This document shows, piece after piece, positions 1-22,315 of a DNA stretch of 64,000 nucleotides. The DNA comes from a bacterium (GTDB lineage: Bacteria > UBA8248): NCBI GenBank assembly GCA_965213685.1, contig CBDBZY010000064.1:608001-672000 (forward strand), given 5' to 3'. Position 1 is the first letter of the stretch, and each line of letters opens with the position of its first letter. The position numbers and the translations under genes were made by a program. The notes beneath the pieces were generated by a model. It worked only from the letters and a program-made list of their open reading frames with translations. It was not told the origin of the DNA and did not search any database.

Positions 1-661
1 GTACATGTACACTGTACAGTGTACATGACCATACTACATCCACAGCACTGCATAAATAGTGTGCATGTACCTGTATTCATGGAGACCACACCACTCACGC
101 AGTTGGAGAGCCATATCGCCAGCTACAAGTGTTTGCATATTATATACATACATGCACACAGGATAATAGTGATTGTGGTTCCTCGAATGTTCACCCATAG
201 GCCCAGTCACATGTAAGTGTGTGTAGTGGTACAGGTGTAGGTATGGGCTTTCAGTGCTGAGGTACCACCTCCCCCGCCCCTGACATCGATTTCATTAGTG
301 TGTGCAGTACACAAGGTGTGTCCATGGTCAGCTGCAGTCTCTTCTCTGGGACATCTGTGCTGTGTAAACTGTGCAGTTGATAGTGTCTGTGAATCTTTAT
401 ATCTGGTGTGTGTGATTGGAATGCTTGAACCTGGAACACCAGACACATGCCTACAATATCTTCACAATCTCATCCCCTTCCCTCGTCTCTCACACCTTCT
501 TCATTCTGGTACCTCTTATCCTTTCACCTCCCGGGGCCTCCTCTCTCCCCTTCCCTCCCCACCTCTTTCCTCCCCTCCCCTCGTCTCCTTTCCCCTCCCC
601 TCTCCCCTCCCCTCCCCTCCCCTCCCCTCCCCTCCCCTCCCCTATCCTTCCCTTCTCACAG

Positions 662-9792
<9,131 letters not shown>

Positions 9793-10296
9793 GGAGACCA
9801 TTGTTTGGTGAGTCAATGTATGTATATAGATGAAGCCAAAAGAAAGAGACTTGCTATGTTATGTAGATCATATATGGGTGTCTGAGTAGTGTACATTTAT
9901 ATTGGGAACACTGGACTCAATCACTCCTTATCCGCTTTCCAGCTATGTGATGGAACTTACGAGTTTGTACATGTATATTAGGAGCTGAATAATCCATAGG
10001 CTCATTACATATGTCTACTTCCCCCCCCCCCCCCCCCCACACACACACACAAATACAGGCACCAACCAACCACAGCTACTAATTTCAGAGTGATTGTGTG
10101 TTCCTTCATCTTCTCAGTTCTTCCATGTTCCACTTGTACAGCCACTGAATATTCGCAGTGTTATATCATACCTTCGTTCTGGGAGGGCCTATTTATTATT
10201 CTCATCACACCTCCTACCTAAGACACTTCAATATCATTTCAGCTACATGTACATGTATGTATGTGTGATTTTGTGTGTATGATATATCACTCTTCA

Positions 10297-10347
<51 letters not shown>

Positions 10348-10623
10348 CAATTGATCCAAGTTTAGGGGTCTGCGTGTACAGCATCTGTACTTATTCTAAT
10401 TATGCGTGAGTAACAGTTCAACTTTTTTGTAACTATTGTGCTGAACTTCAACATAAGCTGGTACATATTATGTATTCTAGTGACACTTTTTAAAACAATC
10501 ATAATGTACATGGTGGACAATGCATTTTTCTTTACACTGCTGTACATAAATTACAGTTCAACTATTCCCTCTGTACGTGGCTAATGAAATGTTGGAGTGA
10601 TTCAAAAGAGAAATAAAATTCAA

Positions 10624-11455
10624 TGATGAGTTGTCAAAAATGTAGTGAGAAAAGAAGGAAAACTTCATCTTCTGCGCTCAATGTACTGCACCACGTCTTT
10701 TCCCACGCCAGATTGTCTCTGCTCCTTGAGATGTTCTTCTCATGACTTGCTCTAATGTAGTCTGCAGGGCAGAGTACCTCCACCACTGTACACACATGTA
10801 GAATTATGCTCTATAACCTTCTGTGGATGCCTGATGAAATCCTCACTGTGGATATATCAATATCGTATGTGCAAACTCTAGACACTTTCACCACTGTTTT
10901 AGCATACCAGATTGATACAATAATTATTGATACTTCAATTCCACAAACATTCATTCCACTGTGCACTCTGTCTGACGGCCTTCATGTCATCTTCATGGGC
11001 AAACCGAGAGCACTAGTTGCTCTCACGTATATGCAACATAAAACAATTGGCACTTCAACAAACTGCTTTGGACCTGCTGAAATGTGATGTACTAAAATTA
11101 ATGCTGCAGAGAGATATTCTCTACTCTTGTCACTGATGACATTCAGCTGACGGAATGCTCCCTGCCAAGCTGTTGAGGTGTGAACTTACCTTTGTCTTCC
11201 TCACTCCTCCACCCACTCATCTGGATGGCATTGTTGTAGCTATTACTGTAGACCTTGCTGAAGAGCACACTTCTGTCCTGCAGTGAGCTGGGTCTGTCCA
11301 GCAGAGTGCACTCCTCCAGAATCCTGTACTTGTGGTTACAGGGTTTGGGTGTGCACATCCATCATGCTGCCAATGTTAATGATGCTGTGACCACTTTCGG
11401 GGTAGCCAATGAAAAGGATTAACTTTTCTATGCTATCCACTTCAGATTTCTGGGA
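10624..11455 (-). pseudogene. Sulfotransferase pseudogene, paralog of 51975-52940
   Basis: Colinear with the intact gene (e.g. YRILEECTLLDRPSSLQDRSVLFSKVYSNSYNNAIQMSGWRSE) but with indels/frameshifts and internal deletions; the membrane-anchor 5' end is not recognisable. Confidence 0.85.
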
Positions 11456-13655
11456 GATCTTGAAGTCGAAGGAGAACTCTAACTGTGACAAACCAAGCCT
11501 TTACAATCACAACTAGATTTCACTCAGGCAAGCAGAAGAAGAGAGTTGGATCGTGCTCTGCCAAGATATTTGTAAAATTCCATAGCACAATGTTTCTGCC
11601 CACGGCCTTCCTCAGGTGTACAATGGACAGACTGAGACTACTTAGCAATTTGTACAACAGTTCATACCAACAAAAGTGCACAGCAGGTACATGTATGTAG
11701 ATGATGCGCATGGTGACAAAGCTTATCAGTGAATGAATGGGTATATATGATCATCTATAAGGATTCCATGCTTAGGTTCATTCCCTTTTGTGTCCAGGGT
11801 GGAGACCCATCTGCTCTCCCTGATCTTTTGCATAATTCCTTGGAGGACGTTCCTGACATCTGTTCAGTGCCAGCTGCTGTGATCAAACATGTAACTGCAT
11901 ATTTGTGGGTTAAAATGACCATGGACTTCTTGCAGTTTGATTGACATGTAAAGAAGTATAGACACATGAGTTTAGGAGTGTGGCCTGCGGGCACACGATT
12001 GGAAATGAATCACATGCCCGTATACCCTCCGCGGACTAGTCACGTGCGTGAGTGTTGGAAAAAGGAGAAATCAAAATTGAGGTCGGAAGAAGTAGTGACA
12101 TCCAAATCCTTACACTGGTCATTGACTACAATTTTAAATTCGTTCAGATGATTATTGTAAAGAAAAGGAGCTTCGCGAAGATAATAATGAACAACTGAAC
12201 ATTTGTGGTAATTCAGTAAGATCGCTTTGGAATAGGGAACAGTCTTCCATAGAAGAGATATCTTTGGAGCACTTCACATCATCTGCAAAAAGAAATAGTG
12301 TGCTGAACTTGGAGAAAGCTGGAATATCATTGATAAAGATCAGAAATAATAAAGGGCCCAAAATGCTGCCCTGGGGCACACCCGACACGACAGGAAGAAA
12401 GTCAGATACTGTACCATTAACTGAAACACACTGTACCCGTTTGGTTAGGTATGCACGAAGCCACTCCCACAGGTTATCTGTAATTCCGAAGCTCCACAAT
12501 TTGTGCAGTAATATATTATGGACAATGGAGTCAAAGGCCTTCTTGAAGTCCAAATATATTACATCACCTTGACAAGCATAACACAGTTTCTCAAAAAGAC
12601 ACTCGAAGAAAAATATAAGTTGCTGTAATTTGGAACGATTTGGCAAGAACCCAAATTGACAGGGCGACACATAAGTGTCCACAAATTCAATAACGTTCTG
12701 GTGAACAAACTTTTCAAGGACCTTTGAGATGGAACTTAGCAGTGAAGTTGGTCTGTAGTTTTCGATTGATGCTATATCAGATTTATGGATGGGGTTTATT
12801 ATGTGCACCCGCCAGTCTTGAGGGAGATAATGCTGAGACAAACTCAGATGATGCAGTGAGACTGACAGGGGACAGTTGTGTTAAACATGGAGTGGAAATA
12901 TTGCTGGTAGGTTATAACTACCTGTGATACTCCAAACATATTTGTACACAACTGAGGAATTACCAGAGTGTAGTGATTTGATTAGGTTGGTCTCAAAAAG
13001 AGATTTGGCATTTAACATCTTAAGTTCCAGTAAAAGTTCAGAATTAATCCTGGATCTGAGGTTACTTGAAGGGTGATATAAAGACACAAAGACACTTTAA
13101 ATGATGCCGAATGTCAGAATCAAACCACTTTGGGCTATTATGCATGTTTACACGAACTTTAGGAACAAACATTGATATAGCACTGATTTGATGAAAAACC
13201 AGACAAACTCAATATCATTACAAGAAAAACAAGAACTGAAGTCAACATCCATCAGGTAATAACAAATGCTACCATAATCTGTTTTGGAGTAATCCAAGAC
13301 ATAGGAAGGCCCAAACTTAGTATAGTGTTTCAATACATTGAAGGAGAAAAACTGATAACACAGTGATCTGATAAAAGAGTGACAGATGCTGAAGATAAAA
13401 CTAGATCAAGGATATTTCCTTTAACATGAGTAGGCAGTGACACATGTTGGGTAAGATTACAATCATATATGAAATCACAAAACTTATTAGATAATTCAGA
13501 GGAGGCAAAAAGGGATGACCGATGATATCAGGAAAGTTGAAATCTTCTACAATGATACAGTGAACTGAGGATGATTGTAAATCAGTGAGATAATCAATGA
13601 GTAAACCAACATATATATGAATGACTAGCTGAGGGTGGAACATAGACACAGCATA

Positions 13656-14302
13656 TCAGAGAGTCGGTAGACTCTCTATGTAAGGATGGCGCCGATACTC
13701 CCATAGTGCGCGTACATTGGAAAGCCTTCTTAACTCGCGAATACTCGCGTTTTAAGCCTTTCTCGGCACGCGAATGGCCTATTCAACCGCTTCTCTACCC
13801 AATGATACCCCACAAGTAGCTAGAATGCATTCCTTGACTTACTGCCAGATAATGGACGAAAGGTGATTTTGTTTTTCTTTCTTATTCTTCTTCTTCTTCT
13901 TCTTCTTACGAGATTTCTTTCAAACGACTTTACTCGAAACTGGCTGAAGTAATCACCATAGTTCTTTCACAGATCCACTGTAATCACTACGAAGTATGAT
14001 CTGTGCTAACAAAATGTTAGTATCTTCTCTACTATGGACAGAATCTAGAACCCCAGACAACTTTACCATATTTGGAAGCCATTTTCTAATAATTATTGTC
14101 GCGTGGCGCAAATTGTAAGCACGTGAGGGCGGGCCTCGCGAAGCCACGCCTATTAATTTCTTGATGGCCAAGGCTACTCGTCTTTTGTCACTGAAAAGAG
14201 CGCGTTCTTACTTCGCCGTACAATTGTACAACGAACATTAATGTAACTGGTATGAGTTAGCTAGTCAGATACACTGGGGCTCAGCCAGGCTCCCAACTTC
14301 GT
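13656..14302. mobile_element. Non-coding insertion in the LINE with terminal hairpin and (TTC)n tract, possibly Helentron-associated (copy at ~41372-42015)
   Basis: Interrupts the LINE endonuclease frame; hairpin agagagtc-ggta-gactctct at the left end; internal (TTC)n. Family assignment is tentative. Confidence 0.4.
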
Positions 14303-14447
14303 AAGTGACAGATCACGAGGTTTACCCACTCGTATCTCCGCCGCTGACTAGTAGCAACGGCTGCTCTGATCACTGACATGTTTGTTGGATTTTGAATGAA
14401 ACTTGCAAGAACATTTTGTGTACTATTGTACAAGAAAAAGTACACAA

Positions 14448-14815
14448 ACAAGTATGAAAAATATTTTCCAAAAATGTAGAGGGATGTAGGGATGGCAGTG
14501 CCAAAAACCACAGAAACTAAGTGTAGAGATGGCAGTGTACAGGCAAGACAGGTTATAAAAAGACTACACAAGTAACCCCATCCCTACATCTTTCTTTTTT
14601 CTCACCACATGGCATTGATGTTCCCAGAATTCTCATTGCTAAATTCACAGAACAATTTCAAGTAAAAAGAAAGATGTAGGGATGGGGTTGCTTGTGTAGT
14701 CTTTTTATAACCTGTCTTGCCTGTACACTGCCATCTCTACACCTAGTTTCTGTGGTTTTTGGCACTGCCATCCCTACATCCCTCTACATTTTTGGAAAAT
14801 GTTTTTCATACTTGT
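14448..14815. repeat. Foldback inverted repeat, ~150 bp arms with ~65 bp spacer (copy at ~42161-42527)
   Basis: 14448-14599 is the near-perfect reverse complement of 14664-14815. Confidence 0.9.
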
Positions 14816-15457
14816 AACAAACTTGTGATGAAGACCTAACTTAACTGTTACAACCTCAAGATCAGGAGGTGAAGGCAAAGTGACAGAATGATATGAGCTT
14901 ACAAAAGACAACACCACCACGAGAAGGTCTATCTTTACGATATAAATTATCTCATGGTCATGAATATTATCAGACAACCAGGTCTCACAAACACAAAATA
15001 TTTCAAAATCATGGGAGTACACAAATAAAGACATTATATTAACAAGGCTACACACATTACAAAGACAAACAGTGACAGTCATAATACTATCGACCGGGTT
15101 ATGTGGAATAGGAAGAGAAGGACCAGGAAGAGATGAAGGAGAGTCAGAAGGTGCAGAGAGAGGTTGTGAAGGAACAGAAGCAGAAGAGGAAGAGTTAGAT
15201 GGAGCTCACTGGTGATGGAGAGGATGTAGGAGTTGTGGAGCTGGCAGTCATGTTCATGACTTTATCAGACGACTTGGAAGTCACAAGGGCTTGTAATCTT
15301 GAATGGAACTCGTTTGTGGCTGATTTGTAGATGTTGTAATGGCAACATTCCCAGAGCTTGTGAGGTCATCCATGGAAGAAAGTGCAGATTGTTGAGGCTG
15401 TTCAGAAACAAAGGTTCTGTCAATGACACGACCATACAGCTTTTTGTGCACATAGAG

Positions 15458-15702
15458 CACTGCAAAAATAGAATTGCTGTTTTAACAAAGACCTTTGTCA
15501 TGTGCGTTGCACATCTGTATCCCTCTCCATACTTCCCTCCCACTTACTACACAATCACAACCTTTCCTTATCATGTGGCCACAGCACACCCCAAAACAGC
15601 TGTCATGATAAAAATTTGTAGTATATAGGAGTAGAATTTACATGGCCCTACAACTTATGTGACAAAGGTCTTTGTTAAAACAACAATGTCATTTTTGCTG
15701 TG
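15458..15702. mobile_element. Non-autonomous CACTA/EnSpm-type MITE
   Basis: Termini CACTGCAAAAAT...ATTTTTGCTGTG, ~45 bp imperfect TIRs, 2 bp TSD (AG); absent at the paralogous site near 43178. Confidence 0.75.
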
Positions 15703-16139
15703 AGGTAATCACCTCTGATCGCGATGAATTTGCGGTCAACGCCATTTTGAATCAATTTTCATCTCTGTTTCAACAACGGGGAATTCTGAACACGTTGAAA
15801 TGGAAGGTCAGGTTTGAGTGAGAAGGGATGGGAAGGGTTAGATCTTTTGGTGAGGATTCTGTTGGCATCAGCAACCCTGAAGAATCTGATGAGAATTGGC
15901 CTTGGACGAGATGACTGTGAAAATTTCCCTAATCTGAAGCAGTCACTTATGGAAAGTGACTGAAAGGTGGGATCAATGGATGAAAGAGCTGACACTACGC
16001 TGGAGGTCAGAGTCCTGCCGAGCAGATCTAGACATGCCTGAAGGGCATTCCTGCACATCGTAGAGTACAACATTGAGTTTCTTTGCATGGTTAGCTTCAC
16101 GGGATGAGGAGAGGTCAGATGAGGCAGCAGGCAAGGTAG

Positions 16140-16670
16140 GTGATGTAGCTGGCTTCAGCATTTGCTGAACATGCATGGAAGTCTGACCACCAAATCGACT
16201 GGGAGAGAGCACGTGTCCTGGACTCCTGCAGGTATTTGTATGCCAGGTGCATGCTGGAATCATGGCACATCAACCAACTTGCTGACCCATTGAACAGAGA
16301 GCGAGGCCCCCTGCCGAATATATATTGTTCACTTTTGTCTTCATAACTTGTCCTTCTTTGTCTTCGTACTTACATGTGTTCGTAACTTGTCTTCCTTTTG
16401 TCCCTTGTCATTGTCACTTATCACTGTCATCATTGTCACTTATCACTGTCATTATGGTTGCTGTGGTTTGTGTAATGACTAGACTAAGTGTGAATGACCA
16501 TTGTTTGCATAATTGTTTATCCGTTGTTTTTCATTTTTGCTGTCTTACACTTGCGTCTATTTATACCACCTGCCTTCACCCTTCTCCATTCCCTGATGAT
16601 GATACTGGTATGAGTGTTGAAACGTCGGATATAAGTCAATCCTGGCTAGAGTTACCTAAGATAATTATAT
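16140..16670 (+). mobile_element. 5'-truncated Penelope-like element: GIY-YIG endonuclease C-terminus, 3' UTR and hammerhead motif
   Basis: 16152-16346 reads ASAFAEHAWKSDHQIDWERARVLDSCRYLYARCMLESWHINQLADPLNRERGPLPNIYCSLLSS*, typical of PLE endonuclease ends, followed by a hammerhead core. Confidence 0.85.
16588..16632 (+). ncRNA. Minimal type I hammerhead ribozyme motif (PLE type); copy at 44065-44109
   Basis: CTGATGA-t-GATACT-loop-AGTGTT-GAAAC-GTC; short stem I (tcc/gga). Confidence 0.6.
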
Positions 16671-17150
16671 TAGCTATGTTGAGTCTTGCTCTTGGGCGGC
16701 ATTAGGAGGACGCGCGTCTGCGCCTCACGTGAAAAGCGCATGTGCGCGTGCGTATGTGATGTCACCCGAAGTTGCCCAAATACGTAAGACCGGTGAGACT
16801 ACTAAGCCTAGTTTTTATTTTCCTGCGAGTTCAGTAGTCTCATATTGCTTTTCTGCAACTAGCACAGCCGTACATGCATGTTTTCGTAGGCTCGTGTACA
16901 GGTTGGAGTTAGGTATAGGTGCAGACAATATATAAGGCCGCAGTATCAGAGGCAGAGGCAGCTCACGTGATAGCCAATTCAGAGGGTGGAGACTGCAAAT
17001 TAGCCAATAATGAACCGGTGCGCGGGTGGTTTTAGCGGCGACGAGAAACTGACAATCTAGTTTGTGTGGCCTAGGAGAGTGAAAATAGCCATACATTAAC
17101 AGTTACACTGTATCGTTGGCATTTAATCAAGTCGGTAAATAAGGACGAAT

Positions 17151-18686
17151 ATGTGTACCCACTATAGAACGTCTCCCAACAAGAAGAAGGTTCTCATTGG
17201 CTATACAGTCTGCCTGACGCTTGTTGTGCTCACTTTGTTGAGCGTAAAGCAAGAAATCCAGTCTCCTATCGCCAACAACAGTGTCACGGCTGTGTACACC
17301 GGGGAGAGGACAAGCTCGCTAAGTCAGGCTAACTCAACACTAACGGCGAAGGAAAGAAATGGACACCACGCGGGGAGAGAGAGGGTCAAAGTCCCACAAA
17401 CAGCGGAACAGCGTGGCTACTTGGTGGTTTTGAATTTTCCAGAACAGTTAACTGCAGCCACAGACGACCTAATCCAGTTGTACACGTTTAATCAAAAGCA
17501 CTTGAAGTTGAGAATGATAGAGCCCTATGTACTAGGATCTCATCTGAAAACTGTACCTCCAGTATCTGAAGATTTCAGGTCTCTTCCACTGATTAGTACC
17601 TTCTTGAATAGGACTGCCATGCTTACTATTCTGAAGAGGTGTTTTCATTCAGACCACGTGGACTGGCATCCTTTCCCTGATTTCCTGATCAACGCTGCCC
17701 GACAGTTCGTTGTTGTGACATTTGTTACAGCAAAAGCAACAATGTTAAATGGGAATATTTCTACCTGTAGTTCCAATATGGAACATATTGAATATGTTTT
17801 CAATTATCACTTGAAGAAGGTGAGCAATAGAGCACTTTCCAAGCATGGAGTGAACTACACTTTCAGAGGTGTACATTCACTGTGTGTGAAAGCAATACCT
17901 GGGGAACCTTTCTCCATGAAAGATGTGGTACAGTTCATTAGAACATGGATGACCAACACTTCCCATGGAACTAAAGAACCTTTCTCTCCCCAATTTTCTG
18001 TTGTCATTCCAGAGTGGAGAGCTGTAAAGAACACAGAGGATCCCTTCTACTACTACGATCCTAGTTACACAGGCAGGAATATGACAGGTTCGTGTCAATC
18101 ACGGTCTCTAGCACACACCTCATATGTTACTGAAGCTGCCAAAAGTATGTTCCAACATCTGTCACTCTCTCGACCATTCATTGCTGTACATGTACGTTCT
18201 GAAAGAATCTCAGAACAAGAACTGAAGCGGCACAGAACAGATTTTATCAATAGCTGTATCAGTAATTTTTCAAAGATTCTTCAGGTTGTAATGAAAGTCC
18301 ACAATATATCGCTGGAAAATGTTGTATTTGTTCATGATGGGAGTCAGTATGGTAGTGATTCAATGGGAAGTCAAAAAAGTCAAAAAAGGAGTGCATCCAA
18401 TTACATTATATCAAGAATAAAGGCAATTGGGATTAAAAATGTACAATACAAATCACAAAATAGCCCTATTAACGTCAATTCAAGTGCTACAGAATCTGCA
18501 CTTGTTCAGTTTGTTGAGAAGGAGTTTCTAGTGTCAGCTGATGTTCTTATTGCACTGGGCTATGGTGGGTTCCAGGGCAGTCTCATCAGAAGGTTCAAGG
18601 CAAAGAGCAGTGGTGGAAACAATTGGTACAAACTCTGCTCTGATTTTACAAAAAATGATCGTCTTCCAGTAAACATTTCTTTCTAA
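17151..18686 (+). CDS. Type II membrane O-fucosyltransferase-like glycosyltransferase (GT-B), intronless, 511 aa, copy 1
   Basis: N-terminal TM VLIGYTVCLTLVVLTLLSV; EQLTAA N-terminal motif; RPFIAVHVRSE and VEKEFLVSADVLIALGYGGF, resembling GDP-fucose-binding motifs of the O-FucT family. Confidence 0.75.
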   Translation: MCTHYRTSPNKKKVLIGYTVCLTLVVLTLLSVKQEIQSPIANNSVTAVYTGERTSSLSQANSTLTAKERNGHHAGRERVKVPQTAEQRGYLVVLNFPEQLTAATDDLIQLYTFNQKHLKLRMIEPYVLGSHLKTVPPVSEDFRSLPLISTFLNRTAMLTILKRCFHSDHVDWHPFPDFLINAARQFVVVTFVTAKATMLNGNISTCSSNMEHIEYVFNYHLKKVSNRALSKHGVNYTFRGVHSLCVKAIPGEPFSMKDVVQFIRTWMTNTSHGTKEPFSPQFSVVIPEWRAVKNTEDPFYYYDPSYTGRNMTGSCQSRSLAHTSYVTEAAKSMFQHLSLSRPFIAVHVRSERISEQELKRHRTDFINSCISNFSKILQVVMKVHNISLENVVFVHDGSQYGSDSMGSQKSQKRSASNYIISRIKAIGIKNVQYKSQNSPINVNSSATESALVQFVEKEFLVSADVLIALGYGGFQGSLIRRFKAKSSGGNNWYKLCSDFTKNDRLPVNISF

Positions 18687-19635
18687 ATAAATGCTGAACT
18701 TCAATGAGTGTAGCTATATAATAATGTAATATGGCACTGCAAAATTTCAGTACAAGAGTGACGAGAATACTTATAGCTCAACATAATGCTACCTTTTTCT
18801 CTGTGATGACTTCCATGGGCATCTTTCTCATCTGCTATACAGATAGTGACAAAGACGTTCTTAATGCTGTGAAAGTTCTGGTGGCACTTTACTTAGCTAA
18901 GGCCGAAAAAAACTTGAGGACACTTTGATCCATCTATAATTATGAGGATTATGAGGTATAGGATAAAAATATGGTCTTTCGTCTAAACCAAGAAATTTTT
19001 TTTACAGATGTTGACTACAATGGAAGAGGCAGCAACAAAGGAGCCAAAGTGAACCTCTCCCTGTATTGCAGCCTTCAATAGGGACAATGCCAAGCAGTAT
19101 TTCCCCTTCATCGAGGAAGATGTCTTCTGTGAGGCACCTAACCTCTCAGCAGCACTTTTTTTGTGGTTTATAATTATAGTTTGGTATTTTTTGTTGTACG
19201 TGCTGATAACCTGTTACCACAGTTTTTGAAACATAATATTATGGTGATCTAATCTGTGCTTGGGTTAGAATAACCTATGGTGACGTTGTATGTATCACAA
19301 CCACTGAAGTTATGTTAATAACATCAAAGATTAAAGAAAGCCTGCAGCAAAGTTAAAACAACCACAATAGATAGCATGGTTACACTAGTGTTTACTATAA
19401 CTCTGCTTTACAGTAAATGTCACTTTGTATTTATAGTTCAATCTTTTGAGCCATAATGAACTACAATGAAGTTAAGTATTAACCACAAAAGATTCAGCTA
19501 AAGTAACTGTGCAGGTGGGTTGCCCCAGTTGCATGCACTTTCACCCAAAATATTGTATGAAAATTTTGCAGTGTACCCATCCCCTGTCAAATTCCTGTCA
19601 TAGCACACATGTAATTACTTTACAATGCCCAACTA

Positions 19636-20810
19636 CTTTTTTTTTTCTATACAAGTGAGATAAGAAGTACAGTACAAAGATATGGGAGGCAACATGTAAA
19701 TAGCTGTAAGCTAATACAAGACATGAGCCCAGTGCAGTAAGTTATGCTTAAAAACAGAAAGAGATGATGATGATCTTATGTCTACTGGTAAAGTATTCCA
19801 AACAGTAATAACGCTAGGTACATATGAAAAATAGAAGTAGTTGGTGCGAGAATGGAGTCTGTGAAATACAGATGAATTGTTTCTCTGTGACAAATGCTGG
19901 TGTAGATTGAAGATACCTGCTGGAAAAACTATGTTTCCACTAACAATGTTGAACATAGTGATGAGCTTAAGATGTTGGCGCCTGACACGAAGAAGAGGTA
20001 AATCAAGACAGTGCAGCATGTTATCATAGTCCATGTCCCAGCATTTCAAGCACACTTTACATGCAAACTTTTGCACTGACTCTAACATTTGAATGTCTCT
20101 CTTGACATGCGGGTCCCACAGCTGAGCAGCATACTCCAAGTGAGGGCGAATACATGTTATGTGTATGGATCGAAGAACAGATGTGTTTGCCCAGAAGTAG
20201 AATTGCCTGTACATCATTCCAATTAGCTTTCTTGCCTTTGAGCACACTTGCTGTATGTGCTCAGACCAAGTAAGAGTTTCAGTGACAAGTATGCCCAGGT
20301 ACCGATAACTCCTAACATGTTCCAGAGCTTCACCATTCAGATGTAGCCCTGAAGATGGTAGTGTAGGCTGTCTCTTTCGTGATGCAATGATGTACTTACA
20401 TTTAGAAGAGTTCAGTGACAGATATAAGCTTTTAATACAGTTGGAAATGCTATTAATATCTGTCTGTAGGTAGACATAATCATTGGAGCACTTGATGGGC
20501 TTCCACAAAAGTATGTCATCAGCATACATCAAGATCAATGCTCCATCAGAGAAGCCAAGATCAGCTACACAATTTATGTATGTCAGAAAGAGCAAGGGGC
20601 CCAGGACAGATCCCTGCGGGACCCCAGATGGAACAGAAGTAGTGCTGGATGATGCTCCTTCAACAACAACATACTGTTTTCTACAACACAGATATGAGGA
20701 GATCCATTGGAGGATGTGTGAGTTAAGCCCAATATCCTTTAGATGCTGAAGTAGAGGAGCATGTGGCACACTGTCAAATGCTTTACGCAAGTCAAAGAAT
20801 ATTAGACATA
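19636..20810 (-). mobile_element. 5'-truncated LINE (RT C-terminal half, open 359-codon frame 19711-20790)
   Basis: KAFDSVPH, SGVPQGSVLGPLLF, YADD, YLGI, IRPHLEYA motifs; A-rich tail (T run at ~19637-19646 on +). Not seen in the paralogous block. Confidence 0.9.
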
Positions 20811-21360
20811 TATTGGAGACACCCTACACATTGCCCACATGCCTTCAGTCTTAAGAGTATAGAAGAAATAAGAACTCAGTGTGGGAGCGCCATGATGTCA
20901 TTCAGCTGCAACTGAGATAACCTTAATTAGCAAGGTTAAAATAACCATCTCTTTTTTTGCAGTGAAATAGGTCCATTTCAACTGGGCTTTGTTATCACCA
21001 TACCATTTGTACATGTGGATATAAAATTGGCCAAGCACAGCATGAATACTCAGTAGCTGTACTCTACCACCAGCTCCTCAACTGGTTTGTTCCAGAGCGC
21101 AAAGACAAACACCTTGATAAGGCACACACATGCTGGACTATTGTGCTTTCAATCTTTAAACTGAAACAATACACTTCCACTGTTTTCATAACTATAGAAA
21201 AGTACAGTTTCCATAGAGTATGTGTATGCAAGTCATTCTGAAGCACAACACAGCAATGTTTTGACAATCATTCTCAAGGGGCATATAAAGATGCATGAGC
21301 AATTCCTCTCAGAGCTCCATCCAGCATCACTTTCTTCTCACCAGCCAATTACAGTAAACC

Positions 21361-22315
21361 ATGAAAGGAATCTTGAGCCTTGCCATGGTGCTCCTGGCTA
21401 CAGGACTGCCGTTTGCCCCTACTTCCTGTGTGCCAATTCGTGCTCCACGGGTGGGCCCAGGTACCATCCCATCACTCCAGAGCACTAATGGACAACCCCA
21501 AGCAAGCCGCACTTGGAACATGCCACAGGCTCAGGAAGCATCTCCCAATGAACAAGTGGCAGAGAAGGAACAGCTAAGATCATTGATTCGGGGAGCTTGG
21601 AATATTTATAGGAACAGGCACACCCCCAGTGACGCATCAAACATGCAGACCGACCGGAGTGACTTTGCCACGAGTGGGAAAATCAACCTGGGTGCTCCTA
21701 CTGACCAACTGAATGCTCTTACTCTCCAGCTGTTGAATAGTCAGCCCTCTGCACCTACCCCAACTGAGCCAGTGGCGGAGGCTCAGCGCAAGAGGTACTG
21801 GCCAATCGTTAGGAATTTCCTGGACAACATTCTCTCTCCAACAGACGCGCCAAGTGAGCAGCCTGACACAAATGCACTTGCTGAGAGTCTGGAGAATACC
21901 TTGAATAGGCAAATTCTCGTAGGAGCAGGCCGTCAGCCAGTAGCTTAGTCTAGCACGCTAGACCCTCTCCTTCCGCTATGCGCGCGGCGAAGCCGCGGCG
22001 CAGAAGGAGAGGGTCTAGCGTGATAGACTACCAGTAGCTAGGACTCAGGTCTGGTCATCTATGCGCAAGTTTGTGGGAGACCTCTTCGGTAAGTCGAGCG
22101 GAACCGTGCTTGAGGATTGCACGTGTTCAGATGCGTACAAGTAGGTAAACTTATAATGCGACAGATTTGTAGACGTGCGTACATATAGCAGGTTATGCAC
22201 TACAGCCATGTTGTATATGATTGTAAGAACTACCACGAATATGCGTGTACGTGCATTTTTTTCCTCCGCAATGAGCTCTCCCACTCCTTCCCTCCTGCAG
22301 CCCCAAAATGCAGCG
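21361..22315 (+). pseudogene. Secreted peptide-precursor/PLAT gene copy A, disrupted
   Basis: Near-identical to 49376-50624; hairpin MITE at 21946-22030 creates a stop, and exon 2 is broken after ~15 nt at 22315. Confidence 0.85.
21946..22030. mobile_element. 85 bp hairpin MITE, AcademH-type termini
   Basis: TIR TAGTCTAGCACGCTAGACCCTCTCCTTC / GAAGGAGAGGGTCTAGCGTGATAGACTA; 9 bp TSD CCAGTAGCT; empty site in copies B and C. Confidence 0.85.

Larger units (their letters stand above)
12050..16135 (-). mobile_element. Degenerate CR1/L2-like LINE (ORF1, APE endonuclease and RT remnants) with nested insertions
   Basis: RT motifs NYRPTSLLS, YLDFKKAFDS, SGVPQGSILGPLLF, FADD (12152-12841); endonuclease CVCETWL (~14990); ORF1-like FRLGKFSQSSRPRPILIRF (~15900); many frameshifts. 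Confidence 0.9.

Noticed and set aside
17151-18686. Bacterial contamination or recent horizontal transfer of the intronless transferases
   Set aside because: Eukaryotic type II Golgi topology with N-glycosylation sequons, embedded among animal TEs; intronlessness alone is not evidence.
18840-19180. Exon-like fragments resembling transposon accessory genes
   Set aside because: Short, stop-interrupted and lacking termini; not assignable.
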